Assembly: GCA_964016885.1 (NCBI GenBank) | Contig: OZ024743.1 | Coordinates: 117,862,001 to 117,926,000 of the forward strand | Direction of reading: 5' to 3' | Source: Eledone cirrhosa | Taxonomy: Eukaryota | Length of the DNA: 64,000 nt | In this document: positions 50,814 to 64,000 of the stretch, in pieces | How positions within the stretch are numbered: the first letter of the stretch is position 1 | Layout of the letters: each line of letters begins with the position of its first letter | Position numbers and translations under genes: made by a program | Notes under the pieces: generated by a model | The model's input: the letters and a program-made list of their open reading frames with translations, nothing else | What the model was told of the DNA's origin: nothing | Database searches by the model: none

Positions 50814-51514
50814 TTTTATATATATTGTGTATATATATATATATATATATATATACAAACACATACACACAAACATATAAACACACAAGCACAAACACAC
50901 AAGTATATACATCTGCTTGTGGTTTTTTGTAATAAGACACTAAGCCTGCTCTGAATGAAAGAGTCACATACTGTTTATAGAATCAATATATATGTTAATA
51001 ATAGTGATCGTTTACTATATACACTTATACATATACTCGAATGTACCGATACATATAATTATAAGCGAACTGCCAGTCTGCATACTCAGAACCCCATTCA
51101 TGAATTAAGGAAGCATTCAGATATTCTTCCATCGATCAAGTCGTTAAATATTAAGTCATCTGCCTATCATTCCATGTATATACATAGATATCTTGACATA
51201 AAACCCACTATTATTCTAATGTGTTGTTCTCTGTAGTTCTTCCCTGACATGAATTGACATATGTATATATCTTTCTCTATATATACGGGTGTGTGTGTGT
51301 GAGCGTGTCTGTGTGTTTGTGCGTCTGTATTGGTTTTATTTCTGAAAAATTAGCATAAGGTATGATAGACTATGTGAACTAATTCGACATTAGGTTTCAC
51401 TTTCGATAATAAATTCTAGTGTGGTCATTATAACTATTCATACGGCAATTGTACCATGTATAAGTTTGTGAATTCTGAAATATATTTATCTATCTACCTA
51501 TCAATGTCTCGGTC

Positions 51515-52945
51515 AAATTTCCCGGCGTTTGGTTCGGTCCAGACCTACAGGTGGAGTAAAACTGTGACGAGTTCACGGCAAATGTATTTGCGCTCATCCA
51601 GAAGTTGGTTGTGTGCAAATAATCCTTAAATGGTCGAGCGGAGGTGGCGAAAACTTACATAGAACCCGTCTTCTACTGCCGCTGGACTGTCGTGCCTTGT
51701 CCCCGTGATCACCTCGCCAAAATGGAACGCCTACGCTTCAAGTTCCTTTGGAAGAAACAGGTTCCATTGGTGAGGAGATCCATCTTCTGCCCACGACCTT
51801 CCAACGGAGAGTTGGGCATGGCCATGGCTGATGATGCGAAAAAATGTGCTGAGGCAACGCAATCTCCATGTATTCCTGACCGGTGAACCAGTGTGGTCGT
51901 AGTTAGTGAGACAAGCTTTTCCGCAACTCGTCTCGCTAACGGAGCTACAGTCCTGGGTCAAGCGAAGACTGAAAATGGGCGACTGGCAGCTCCTGTGCCT
52001 TCAGGCGCTCACAGTCCTTTATCAGGCGGACACGGCAATCAGCGGGGACTCCATGTCAACATTCTATAGAAGTTTAGAGGAGGATAAGTGTGATGACGTT
52101 GTTGGGGAGAGTTTAGGCGTAGAGGAGGACGAACTGGCTAGTCTGTTCGGGAGGACTTGCCATCCAATACCTATGGATAACTTCAGAGGTCGCTGGCCAG
52201 ACAATGCTACCGAGAAGCTCTACCAATTCGAGACAAGATCTACAGGCCCGGGTGCCCTGGCAGCGATCCTGCCAAAAGGGCCTGTCCAAATGCGACCGGG
52301 ACATTGAAACCGCTCAGCACGCAATTGTACAGTGCCCAGGTGTGGCCAGCCTGTGGAACTATGTCGAACAACTACTATCGTATGTGGGACAAATCCAGTT
52401 AGTTGACAGCCGAGTTTATCGTGAGGATCACGCTGCCGCCTTCATTTAAAAACGAAGGAGAGGCGGTTTTCCTGTCTGGTGGCTATGACGAAAGAGGTAA
52501 TATGGTGGATGAGATTAAAAGGAGGACAGACACCTTCCTCTCCGGACAACAACTCTTCGCCTTCTTTAAATACCACTTCAGAAGGAAAATGAGAGTGGAG
52601 AGAGAGAGATGCTTCACCACAGTAAATTCGCTGAAAGGTGGGTGAATGTGGGGAAAATGGCCCGAGTGATAGAGCCTTCTCTCTATATAAACCTGTAGGT
52701 TGAAGAAGACAAAAGAGAGAAGACAGGAGCTCTTACAAAACATGCGCCTGAAGTTGAGGGCTGTTCTATCTACGGGGTGTAAAACAACCCAATTGTAACG
52801 TTCCCCCTATTGCGGATTTCGATTGTTATTTATTATTTTATAACTGTTAGAACTTGTTTTACATGCTTAAATGTTAAATCAGCGTCATACGTCCTGTAAT
52901 GTCCAATTTCTTCTGCGCTCTTGTGGCAAATAGAAAAAATCTGTC
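51515..52945 (+). mobile_element. Old, diverged 3' fragment of a Tx1-type LINE
   Basis: Disrupted ORF2 C-terminus (FPQLVSLTELQSWVKRR, ETAQHAIVQCP) and recognisable 3' UTR motifs (ttccccctattg, cttgtggcaaatagaaa). Confidence 0.85.
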
Positions 52946-52961
52946 TATCATTCTCTCTCTC

Positions 52962-54625
52962 TCTGTTGTGCAGGTTGTTTTTCTCCATCTCTACACAGTC
53001 CTCTATGCTGATAAGACATCTTCCACCTTCAGATCTCTTTAAGTAGAGTCTATCGACATCACTCCTCTTGTGGAACATGTTGTAGAAAGTCAATAGCTTC
53101 CTAGTCTTCCTATCCATTTCTTTTTGTTCAGCAACATTCCATTTCAGAATTCCCGCACTGTACCTAATAATAGACACAGCTCGGGAATTCACTGCACTTA
53201 TGACATTCCTACTGTTTAGGTGTGATTTTAATACGCTCCTTACTCTCCTAATGCACTCAGATCTTATCAATTCCTTCATATTTTTTGTTCTTGATGTCAT
53301 CTACCTCCAGAACACCTAAATATTTGTATACTTCTTCAGTGTCAATTTCCTTTATCATCTCACCTGTTGGTACCTGGATTCCGTTGCTTCTGCTCAATTT
53401 ACCTCTATCCATCACTAGGACTCCACACTTATTAATACCAAATTCCATACATATATCATTGCTGAAAATACGGACAGTGTCAACAAGTACATCTAACTCC
53501 TTCTCACTCTTCCCAAAGAGTTTAAGATCGTCCATGAAGAGGAGGTGGTTGATGGTAAGCTCTCCTTTTCCCAACTTGTATCCTGCTCTCACTTTTCGCA
53601 GTATAATGGTCATGGGTATCAGGGTAAGGACAAACAACAGACGGGACAGACTGTCTCCCTGGAAGATACTTCTCTTGATCTTCACGCCTCCCAAGGGTCC
53701 TCCACCCGATGTTAACTCTGTTTTCCAGGACTTCATACTTTTGCTCAACAACTGTCTGATGTTATCTGCCATCTTGAAAATCTCTAAGCTTTTGGTTATC
53801 CAAGAATGAGGTACCATGTCCAATGTCTTTTTGTAGTCTATCCATCCCATGGCAAGACCAGTGTGTCTCCTCTTGCAATTCCTCATTACAATCTTATAAA
53901 TAAGTAGCTGGTCTTTTGTACCACGGGACTTCTTTCGGCATTATTTCTGTTCGTCCGTTAACAAGTTGTTTGTGTAGAGGTGATGGTCGATTTCCTCAGA
54001 CACAATGCTTATCAACAGTTTCCACATTACGGACAGACATGTGATAGGTCTATGGTTAGTAACATCATTACCCTTGATTCGGTCTATCATTACCAGGACT
54101 GTGGTACCTTTTGTCAACCACTCTGGTACCTCACCCGACATCAAGCAGTCATTGAACATGGTTGTCAGTTTCGGGTGGAGGGATGTTATATTTTTAATCC
54201 AATACTCCTGCACACCATCTGGGCCTGGTGATTTCCAGTCGGTTAGTTTTTTGGCCTGCCCTTTAAGAGTTTCGACTGTGATACTTAAATCAGTTTGTTG
54301 GTGTGCTTGTCCACTAACCTCCTTTTGTACTGTCTCAATCCACACTGCCTGATGATTATATTCAACATCCTGCTCCCATATTCCTCTCCAGAATGTCTTA
54401 GTCTGTTCCGCCTCAGGGATCAAGTCGTTGTCTCTTTCTTTCCCTTCAAGCTGCCCCAAAAACATCTTCTGGTTGTTGTCAAACATGCGGTTCTGTCTAT
54501 ACTGACTTACTCTGCTCTCATACCGCCTAATCGTTGCACTCTTTGCTACGATGCGTTGCTTCAGTTCCTCTATGATAATATTTAGCTTTTTTCTCCTAGA
54601 TTTGTTCTTTTATTTCCAGTCTATT
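52962..54625 (-). mobile_element. Dong/R4-clade LINE fragment (RT region), disrupted
   Basis: [66 protein letters not shown]. Confidence 0.85.
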
Positions 54626-54684
54626 TTTAGTGTCTATGTTTTGTAGTGTCTATGTTTTGTAGTGTGCCATTCAGTATTATTATT

Positions 54685-57600
54685 TTGGAAACAATCCTCA
54701 TAACAAATGAGGAATTAGAGGAAGCGAAGAAGATGGTGACAAAGAACGGACACCGAGCAATCTGCAAGGCAGCGGAAATATTTTTCGAAACCCAAGAGCA
54801 CTGTACGGTCACGTACCGTACAGTAAGTACAAAATCCCGTAGGGTGGAAAGAGCCACAGAGGCCCAAATACAAAAAGCCTTGGGGTCTGTGTGGCAGCGG
54901 AAAACGCACATCACCCGAGGCAAAAAATATGCCACCGTAGACGTACTTTTTGCCACACCCCAGGAGGCAAAGGCCCAATCAGTAGTGACCCTAAGGAGCG
55001 AGGAAATGGTGTTGGTGCCCTCCTACTGTGGGCAAAAAATTGTGAGGGTCATTTCGCCCTCATTTCGCTGTGGATCGAAGACTCACCTCAGGGCCTTCTG
55101 CAACGAGAAGACCCTGAGAAAGGAGAAAACCCCCCTCCTTCCGAATCCGGCTCCACGGCTACCAGCAACAGGACAAGCGGCAACCAGGAACGATAGGCCC
55201 GTGGCACCCATACCCACTCCACGGAAATCAAAAACAGCAGCAGCAGTGGAAGTACTAACAACAACAACAGCAATACCAAATGCAGCTGCAACAGAGACTC
55301 CAGTGCAAACATCACCAACAACAACAAGTGAAAGCGTGGAGCTGGTACCCCACCCCGACCTCACAGAATCAGACATGGAGTGTGAGGTGGGAGAGAGATG
55401 GCAAAAGATCGTAAGAAGGCACAAACGCAGAAGCAGCGCATCGTCGCCTTTGAAAAGGGAGGAAAGAAATGAGAAAAGGGTAAAGTCTACTGCAAAGAGA
55501 CCCACAGCAGCAACAACACCAACACCATCACCACCCACACTAGCACCACCATAACCACCGGCGACAACCCCACCGCCAACAACACCTTCAACACCACCAC
55601 CACAAGCACCAACATCGCAAACACAACAACAAAACACACACACCCAGCAACAACGACAAAAAAATAGCAGAACCACACCCCACCCCCAGAAAAACAAATG
55701 CACGGCAATAAATACACACAACAAGAAACTAATGACTTACATAATTGAACACACAGACATTTCATAACAGGACTACATAATACCAGCACCAATCAAAACG
55801 CCAACTAACATAAGACTGCTAAAAATAGCACAGAAACAATACAGAAATATTAAAACGAAATTCCCCAACGCAGTTGGTGATTTCAGGGACCTAGGAGGAA
55901 CCATCAATCGAAGAGTATACTCAGACATTCTCTTAGAAGAGCCGACGACCAGCCGAAGGGACGATTCAACGGTCCCTTCACCAGACGATCAAGTGAAAAG
56001 GGATGTAAAAACCATCCCTCCTCTACCAAAAGTACGGTAAGTGGTCTTTCCATCTTTTCCACTCTATTTTAAACATGACCTCACTGAGAATAGGCAGCAT
56101 AAATGCGCGAGGCTTGGGGTCGTCATGGAAGCAGGGTCACCTGCTCAACTACCTCAGGTCACTAAACATAGATGTAGTGGCCATCAGCGAGACCAGAATC
56201 TCCGAAGCACGGGCCTTCGCACCGATCTTCGGCGGCTACGATGTGTACGCATCTCCCAGCCGTCGTGGATCCGGTGGAGGAGTTGCTGTGCTTTTTCGGA
56301 GAGCTTTGGATCTCGCCATACGGGCCATCTTCCTGGACCCAGAGGGTAAGCTGGTGGTGCTGGATGTGACCAGCGGAGACGGGCAAGCTTTCAGGCTAGT
56401 GGCCGTCTATGCCCCGACAGGAGCAGGGCGGCCTGATTTCTTCCGGCGTCTGGAGACCTTTCTTGGAACGTCCCGCTCTTAGTGTTAGTGGGCGACTGGA
56501 ACGGGATCTTAGATGCACGCTGGGACTGTGTGGGATTAGCGGATAGGGGTGGAGGGTGCAAGAGCCTCACCAACCTGCTCAGGCGTTTTGAACTGTCTGA
56601 CAGGTACCGAATGGATTTCCCGAATGTGCCAATGTGGACTTGGACAAACCGTATAGGGTCATCCAGATCATATCTAGATAGAGTATTTTGTAGGGAAATG
56701 GATAGGTCTAGCATAGGCTGTCCACAATTCAAGATAGTCAGCTACACGGACAACAAATTCGGGATCTGTGTGCTTGACTTAGATAGGCTTCATAGACGAG
56801 GACCCGGCTACTGGAAGCTAAACGCGTCCTTACCAGCGCGCAAGGCCTACAGAGACCGGATTAGCGAACTAGTTAAGCGGGCGTTGACGGGGGCCATCGT
56901 CAACAACAAGTGGTGGTTTGCTCTGAAAAGAGCGATTAGAATAGAATCGATTAGGTTTAGTAAGGCTTTAGCAATAGAGAAAAATAGAGCAGAGGGAGAA
57001 CTAGTTAGAAAATTAGACGAGGCGCTTAGCAAAGGCATTGCGACCGACGTGCTTGCGGCGAAATTGGCCCTTGACCAATTCTTCAATGCAAAGCACGAAG
57101 GCTGCGTTGTCAGAGCAAGGGTGAGTGCTCTCAGACACGAGGGGACGAAAGCCGTTCAATGGGCCCGAGGGGCGGAGGCGCGTCGTGGCAACAAAGCCAC
57201 GATCCGGTCTTTGGTGGACCACGACGGGCGCATGCTACTCGATCCCGGGCAAATGTGTGAAGCTTTTCAGCGACACTTCGCTCAGCTGTTCGGGGGCAGC
57301 GGTGGGCCGGGTAGAGGGATGGACTTTAGTGTCTACCTCGACGGACTGCCGCGGCTCTCGGCCACTGAGGCGAAGTGTTGCGAAAAGCCGATAACAGCCG
57401 CTGAAGTAAGGGAGGCAATGACTGGCTGCACAAGGGGTAAATCGCCTGGTTTGGATGGTCTGCCCTATGAACTTTACGTACAGATGCCAGACTTGTTCGG
57501 AGGCCTCTTGGCGGACGTCTACTGCAACTGGCAACAGAACGGGAGAATTCCCAGTTCTGTGAGCCGAGGAGCGGTGGCACTGCTGAGAAAGGATCCGAAC

Positions 57601-59734
57601 AAGGGGGATAACATAGAAAGTTTCCGGCCCATAACTCTGCTAAACACAGAGTTTAAGATTTTGGCCAATGTGCTAGCAAAGAGGTTGGCGTTTGTCGTTG
57701 GTGGTCTGGTGGGAGAGGCGCAGACATGCGCCATTCCCGACAGATCCATCCACGACAACCTCCACCTCATGCGATACATCGTAGAGAGGGTAGCTAAGGA
57801 ACCTGGCACGGGTGGGTCCTTGATCAATTTAGATCAGTCGAAAACTTTCGATAGGGTCGACCATCGTTACCTAGCGGCAGTCCTGAGGGCGGCTGGCTTT
57901 GGGCCCGTCTTCAGAGGCTGGATCGCTGCCATGCACAGCGACATCTGCTCTGTGGTGAGAGTGAACGGTCACCTGTCGGAACCGTTCAAGATCATGCGCT
58001 CGGTCCGCCAAGGATCTCCCCTCTCGTCCCTCTTGTACGTATTGACTCTCGAGCCATTACTGCATAAACTGGAGACGTTGAGGGGAGTCCCGCGCGAACT
58101 AGGATGCGGAAGATCCGTGTCAGCATATGCGGACGATGTCACCGTAGTGGTGTCGAACGCCAAACACATCGAGGCGATCGGCACTACACTAAGAGAATAC
58201 GAAACGGTGACAGGAGCAATGATCAACCAGGAAAAGTCAGTGGGCCTGCAGCTCGGCACCTGGAGAGGCAGGTCCATGCTGTCCAACAGCGTCGTCGGGC
58301 GCTGGACGGACGGACCGGTTAAATTTCTAGGGGTCTGGTTCGGTCCGGATCTCCAGACGGACAAAAACTGGGACGAGGTGACGAGCAGGGTGGCTTCTCT
58401 CACCCAGAAATGGGAGGAGAGGAAGCTATCCCTGAAAGGTGGAGAGGAGGTGGCTAACGCGTACATCGCGTCTGTCATCTGCTACCGCCTAACCGTCGTA
58501 CCTTGTCCTAAGCCTCCCATGACTGCGCTGGAGCGTTTGCTCTTTCGCTTTTTGTGGAAGGGACGTGCTCCGATGGTCAGGCGGTCCATCTGTTGTCAAC
58601 ACCCGCTACGTGGAGGGCTGGGCATGCCGTCGCTGATGATGCGCAGGCACGCGCTCAGGCTACGACATCTCCACCTCTTCCTCGACGGTGATCAGGTGTG
58701 GTCGCCGTTTGCTAGACGCGTTTTTCCCCAGCTCGTTTCCTTGACGGAGCTGCAGTCCTGGGTCAAGCGAAGACCGAGAGGGAGCGCCTGGAGACTGGAA
58801 TGTCTTCAGGCGCTCACAGCCCTCGACCAATCGGGCAATGTGATCGGTGGAAACTCCACCTCGGCGTTCTATAGAGGATTAGTGGAGGGGAAGAGCGACG
58901 ACGTACTTGGGGAAACTCTAGGCGTCGACGAAAATCAACTAGCCAATCTCTTCGGAAGAACTTTCGGGCCAGGGCCTATGGACAACTTCCAGAAATCTCT
59001 GGCCTGGCAGTGCTACCGAGGAGCCTTGCCAGTTCGGGATAAACTCTACAGGCATGGAGGTGCCGTCAGCCGGGCATGTCCGAGATGCGCGCAGGGCGAC
59101 GAAACCGTCCTGCACGCACTCGTCCAGTGTCCGAGCATTGCTGACTTGTGGGTTTATGTCGAACACCTGCTGTCACGTGTAGGACGGATCCAGCTATCAG
59201 CTGAGTCCATCGTGAGGATTGCCCCGCCCCCTTCCTTTAGCCTGGAAGGGCAGGCAGTTTTTATCTGTCTGGTGGCCATGGCGAAAGAGATAGTATGGTG
59301 GACACGTTTGAAAGGGCTGAAGACGAGCACTTACCTCTTCGGTAATGCCCTGATTAACTTTTTCAAATTTCATTTGAAAAGGAAAATCAGGGTAGAGAGG
59401 AAGTGCTCTCTTCCCAGCATTTTGTTGAAAGATGGGTGAGAGAAGCAAGTATGGCCCGAATGAATGGGCCTTCTCTGAGTATGTGTCTGTAAATTAAAGG
59501 TGGAAGACTGGGAGATGGCACTTGCCCTGGTGGTCAGGGCCACTGTGGTCTTTTAATGGGCTTTCTCCACAAATGTCCCTTGGAAGTCTCCCCCCTATTA
59601 GGGAATTTTTCTTTGTTATTTTATTTCAACCTCTGTTTTTTTACACGCAGAAATGCCCATTTGTACCGTCCTGTATTGCCCTGTACTGTCCTTAATGTCT
59701 ACTTTATGTGAACCCTTGTGGTTAATAAAGAAAA

Positions 59735-59784
<50 letters not shown>
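54685..59784 (+). mobile_element. 5'-truncated Tx1-type LINE copy A4
   Basis: Begins mid-ORF1 directly after tattattatt (54675-54684). ORF1 has a deletion and stops; ORF2 56075-59491 is frameshifted at ~56480 and ~59400. (ATT)n tail 59736-59784. Confidence 0.92.
56075..59491 (+). pseudogene. ORF2 of copy A4, two frameshifts
   Basis: 135-aa and 985-aa pieces colinear with the intact ORF2. Confidence 0.88.
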
Positions 59785-59785
<1 letters not shown>

Positions 59786-61409
59786 AGTTGCATTTATCTT
59801 GCTTTATGTTCATACGAGTTATCACCAAGTCACAACCAGTGACCTCAAGAGACAACAAGGTCCGCCATGTTCAAGAAAGAACATACATACTCACACATGC
59901 ATCTTTAGTGTTTAGACTTGTGATGTACTTATATTGACAAAATCTTCCTTAGTATATGGGCAGTTCCCATTAGTACTATCTTTTGTATTTCTCCTATACG
60001 CGGGTTTCCTGGGATTTGCGATAAGTAATCATTAGACCCCTTAGGTATCATTCCCAGAGCGCCTACAATCACTGGTATTGTTTTAGTTCTCAATTTCCAC
60101 ATTTTTCCAATTTCTATCTCCAGGTCCTTATACTTGCTCAATTTTTCAAATGTTTTTATAGATACATTCTTGTCTATTGGAACAGACATATCAATTAGCA
60201 GGCATACCCTCTTTTTAAAGTCCTTCAATATTATATCAGGTCTATTTGCATCTATTTTTCGGTCTGTTTGGATGCTAAAGTTCCACAAGATTGAGATGTG
60301 ATCTTTTTCAAGTATGGGAGGTGGTTGATGCTCCCACCAATTCTTTTGATGGGGCAGGTCAAAATGCTTACACATTATCCAATGTATGTATTGTGCAGCT
60401 CTGTCATGCCTGTTTATGTATTCGGTTGGAGCTATAGGACTGCACATTGAAATTATATGGTCAATGGTCTCTGGTTGTTTTTTTGCATACACGGCATAAT
60501 GGGCTGCACCCATTTTTTATTATGTTGGCTTGGTAATTTTTTGTTGGCAGACACTGATCTTGTGCTGATATAATCAGTCCTTCAGTCTCCGATTTCAGTC
60601 CAGAGGATGCCAACCACTGATGGGTTAAAGTTTTGTCAACATCAGGATTGTTAGCTCGCTCTGGGTATTTTCCATACAGAGGCTTTTCTTGCCATTTCTT
60701 AGCCAGTTTCTGTAGCAGTTCTTTCTTTGCAGTTACTTTTACCTGCTTTGCTTTTTCTGTGTTTTTCATTTCAGCAGTAAATGGAACTTCTGAAATTTGT
60801 AGTCCATTACAGTATCTTTGTGCATCTTTTGTAATTGAATATGATCTTTTGATGCTTTCGTGTTTCAAAACGAGTTTGATCATCCAATCATGTGATTCCC
60901 TTAGATATGTAGATAATCCAATTGTTGCAGTTTTCAACGCAATGTCTAACTGGATTAACCCACATCCTCCTTCTTTCCTAGGGAGATATATTCTATCTAT
61001 ATCTGCCTTAGGGTGATGCATTCTGTGCATGGTTAAGAATTTTCGAATTTTTGCATCGAGCCTACGGATCTATGTGCTTGACCAGTTGATGACATTGTAA
61101 CTGTAGGTTACTACTGGTATGGCAAGCGTGTTTATGGCATCGATCCTATTCCTTGCATTCAATTCCGTTCTTAAGATTGCTCTTACTCTGCGGTAACATT
61201 CCTTCCTTATCCTTTCCCTCATTGTCGAGTGCTTGATTCCGTCTCCTTCACAAACACCTAGATATTTGTAAGTTTTTTCTTGATCAAGTTCTCTTATCAC
61301 GTTCCCCCGATCAAGATTAATGTCTGAACTCTTCAGCAGCTTTCCTCTGGTGAACGTTGCTTTGGCGCATCTATCTAGTCCAAACTCCATTTTAATGTCA
61401 TCACTGAAC
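59785..61409 (-). mobile_element. 5'-truncated Dong/R4-clade LINE (RT end, CCHC, restriction-like endonuclease) flanked by (TAA)n on both sides
   Basis: MEFGLDRCA, YKYLG, CRVC..ETIDHIISMC, RHD, RPDII, LIDMSVP, EKLSKYKDL, GALG; frameshifted. Microsatellite at 59736-59784 and 61410-61462. Confidence 0.9.
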
Positions 61410-61428
61410 TTATTATTATTATTATTAA

Positions 61429-61462
<34 letters not shown>

Positions 61463-64000
61463 GGCGACCTACGTAGGAAATCGTATTATCGTGAGCTCCG
61501 CAAAGGTTTGTTGTTTTCAGTTGTTTCAAATTGCCATTTATGGAAAATTTTTGTTGTTAAGTGTTTATAAGGTCACAAAATTTGCTTTCGGAAAAGGACA
61601 GTGAAAATGATTGGGGCCTTGAGACCAAAATTTTAACTTTTAAAATTATCAAACAAAAAATTTCTTTGAAAAAATCATGGACTACTCACAGCTTTACCAG
61701 GCTGAGAGCCTTCCTCAAAACTAATACCTCACACCAACACCACCATTGTAAATATTACTACATTTGCCAACACTAAAAATATAAGCAGTAGCAATAATTT
61801 AAATGTGTCTCATGCAGAGATTCATTTCCCGCCATTACCAAAAATAACAGGTGTTAAATCCGCCACCCCCACCACCACCACAGCGACAACAGAAACAAAA
61901 GAAAAAATAAATGGATTCACCCAGAATCGACTCTTCCACACCGAACACAAGTGACGCCACCACCACCACAACTGAAACTAAAAATAACAATAACAAAAAT
62001 AGCAATAATAACAACAGCAATAACAACAATGAGCATAACAACAAAAACATCAACACCACCGCAAATGTGTCTTTTGCCAAAGCAGCCAAGAAATGCGAAA
62101 CAATCGAGGTGACTCAGGAGGAATTAAATGAAGCCAAGAGAATGGTAAAGAAAGATGGGTACAGGGTCAGCTTCACCCCACACCTAATAAAATGGAGCAT
62201 CGGCGCCTATGCACCGTGTCTTATCGGACGATAAACATAAAATCGCGCCGAGTGGAGCGGGCATCCGAGTCCCAAATCCAAAAACTTTGGGACATGTGTG
62301 GGCAAAAAAACCCCACATCAGACGTGGGCAGAAATATGGAACCGTGGACGTGTTCTTTGAAACACCACAGGAGGCCAGAGAACACTCAATGGCCCCATTA
62401 AGAAGTGATGACTTCACACTCGTCCGAAGCTCTTGTGGCCAGAGACTCGTGAAGATCAGGGTGACCCACGTTCCACCGGCCATCGAAATTCCCTGGCTAA
62501 TAGCTGCCGTCCTCGGCGGCATCGAAACCAACACCAAGGTAATCGAAATAACGAAAGAAAAGCAGGAGAACTCGTCCGGATCTGGGATGGAGCTCCTGAT
62601 CCAAGCGGACCAAAAAAGATTTGAGGAGATCCCAGAGGTAATAGACCTCACTGACGGCAGCCACCTCACGGTAATTGTCGAGGGCAGAAGGCCAATGTGT
62701 GTCCTTTGTGGTGAAGGAACCCACCTAAGGGCTTTCTGCCCTCAGGCTAAAAGGTTGAGGCCACCTCTCTTAAACATCCCAGTGACTCAACCATCAACAC
62801 AACCAGCAGCAGAGATTGCAGCAACAACTGTAGCAGCAACAACAGAAACAACTGTAACAGCAACAACCTCAGCAATAGTAGCAAAACCCACACAACCACC
62901 ACCCAACGCGCCAGAATTAGCACCAGCGCCTACACCATCCACCACGCCACAACCAAAACCAACGCCTGTGGAGGATTTTCCACTCCCCGGCCTATCACAA
63001 CTGGAGACAGATTGTGACGACGAGGAATGGGAAACGGTATCAGGAAAAAAGAAAAAAGAAACCAAAAAAGAAAAAATTCTCTTCCCTCCCCCTCCAAAAA
63101 CAAAATACAGAGGGAAACAAGTAAACTATCAAACAAAAAAGTTAGGACAGATATGCCACCATCCACACCAGCATCACGAACGCCATCACCACAAACACCA
63201 ACACCTTCACCATCATTAACCCCAACACCACCATCACCAACACCACAAAAGTTACCAAAAAAGCGAAACAGAAACAAACCCAAAACAAGCGCAAACAAGA
63301 CCACCAAAACGATACACACTACACAGCATTAAATTTGAACAACAACCAATTATTATACTACATCCAACACAACACCAGCATCACAGAAAAAGACTACACA
63401 ACAACCCAAAAGTTCACACCACCTCCACACATACAAATCACTCGCATCACACAGAAAACGTACACGACACTAGAACAAAAATTCCCGAAAGACATCGGAG
63501 AATTCCGACAAGCACTCTCCAGGAGGATTTATAAGCACATCCTTCCGGAGGTGGCCACATGAATTGAAAAGGATGGATAAACCATCCTTCCTCTACGAGA
63601 AGTAAGGTAAGTGGTCTTTCCCATATTTTCCACTCCTTTTCAACATGACCTCACTCAGAATAGGCAGCATAAATGCGCGTGGCTTGGGTCGTCATGGAAG
63701 CAGGGCCACCTGCTCAACGACCTCAGGTCACTAAACATAGATGTAGTGGCCATCAGCGAGACCAGATTCTCCGAAGCACGGGCCTTCGCACCGATCTTCG
63801 GCGGCTACGATGTGTACGCATCTCCCAGCCGTCCTGGATCGGGAGGAGGGGAAGTTGCTGTGCTTTTTCGGAGAGGTTTGGATCTCGCCATACTGGCCAT
63901 CTTCCTGGACCCAGAGGGTAAGTTGGTGGTGCTGGACGTGACCAGCGGAGACGGGCAAGCTTTCAGGCTAGTGGCCGTCTATGCCCCGACAGGAGCAGGG
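61463..64000 (+). mobile_element. Tx1-type LINE copy B2 (5' part; runs off the window)
   Basis: Same 5' start as B1 after (ATT)n. Frameshifted ORF1 ~61677-63610 with knuckle CVLCGEGTHLRAFC; ORF2 starts at 63645 and is frameshifted near 63686. Confidence 0.9.

Overview
AT-rich eukaryotic DNA, dense in microsatellites, with no recognisable host gene. The repeat complement (tRNA-derived SINEs, RTE and Dong/R4 LINEs, Penelope-like termini, long (TA)n/(CA)n runs) suggests an invertebrate, possibly a cephalopod; this is inference only. The dominant structure is a head-to-tail array of L1/Tx1-type non-LTR retrotransposons at about 13.8-39.7 kb, with every unit joined through an (ATT)n tract. One unit (26883-32945) has intact ORF1 and ORF2. 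The units share nearly the same ORF2 and 3' UTR but carry different 5'UTR/ORF1 modules (called A, B and probably C here). A second cluster (51.5-64 kb) alternates plus-strand Tx1 copies with minus-strand Dong/R4 fragments, mostly at (ATT/TAA)n tracts. The flanks contain an RTE fragment, SINEs with target-site duplications (TSDs), Helitron-like elements, a hAT MITE and several (TA)n-embedded Penelope-like termini and palindromes with hammerhead-ribozyme motifs, some with unusually long stem II. Most of the short ORFs in the track are microsatellite or antisense artefacts.
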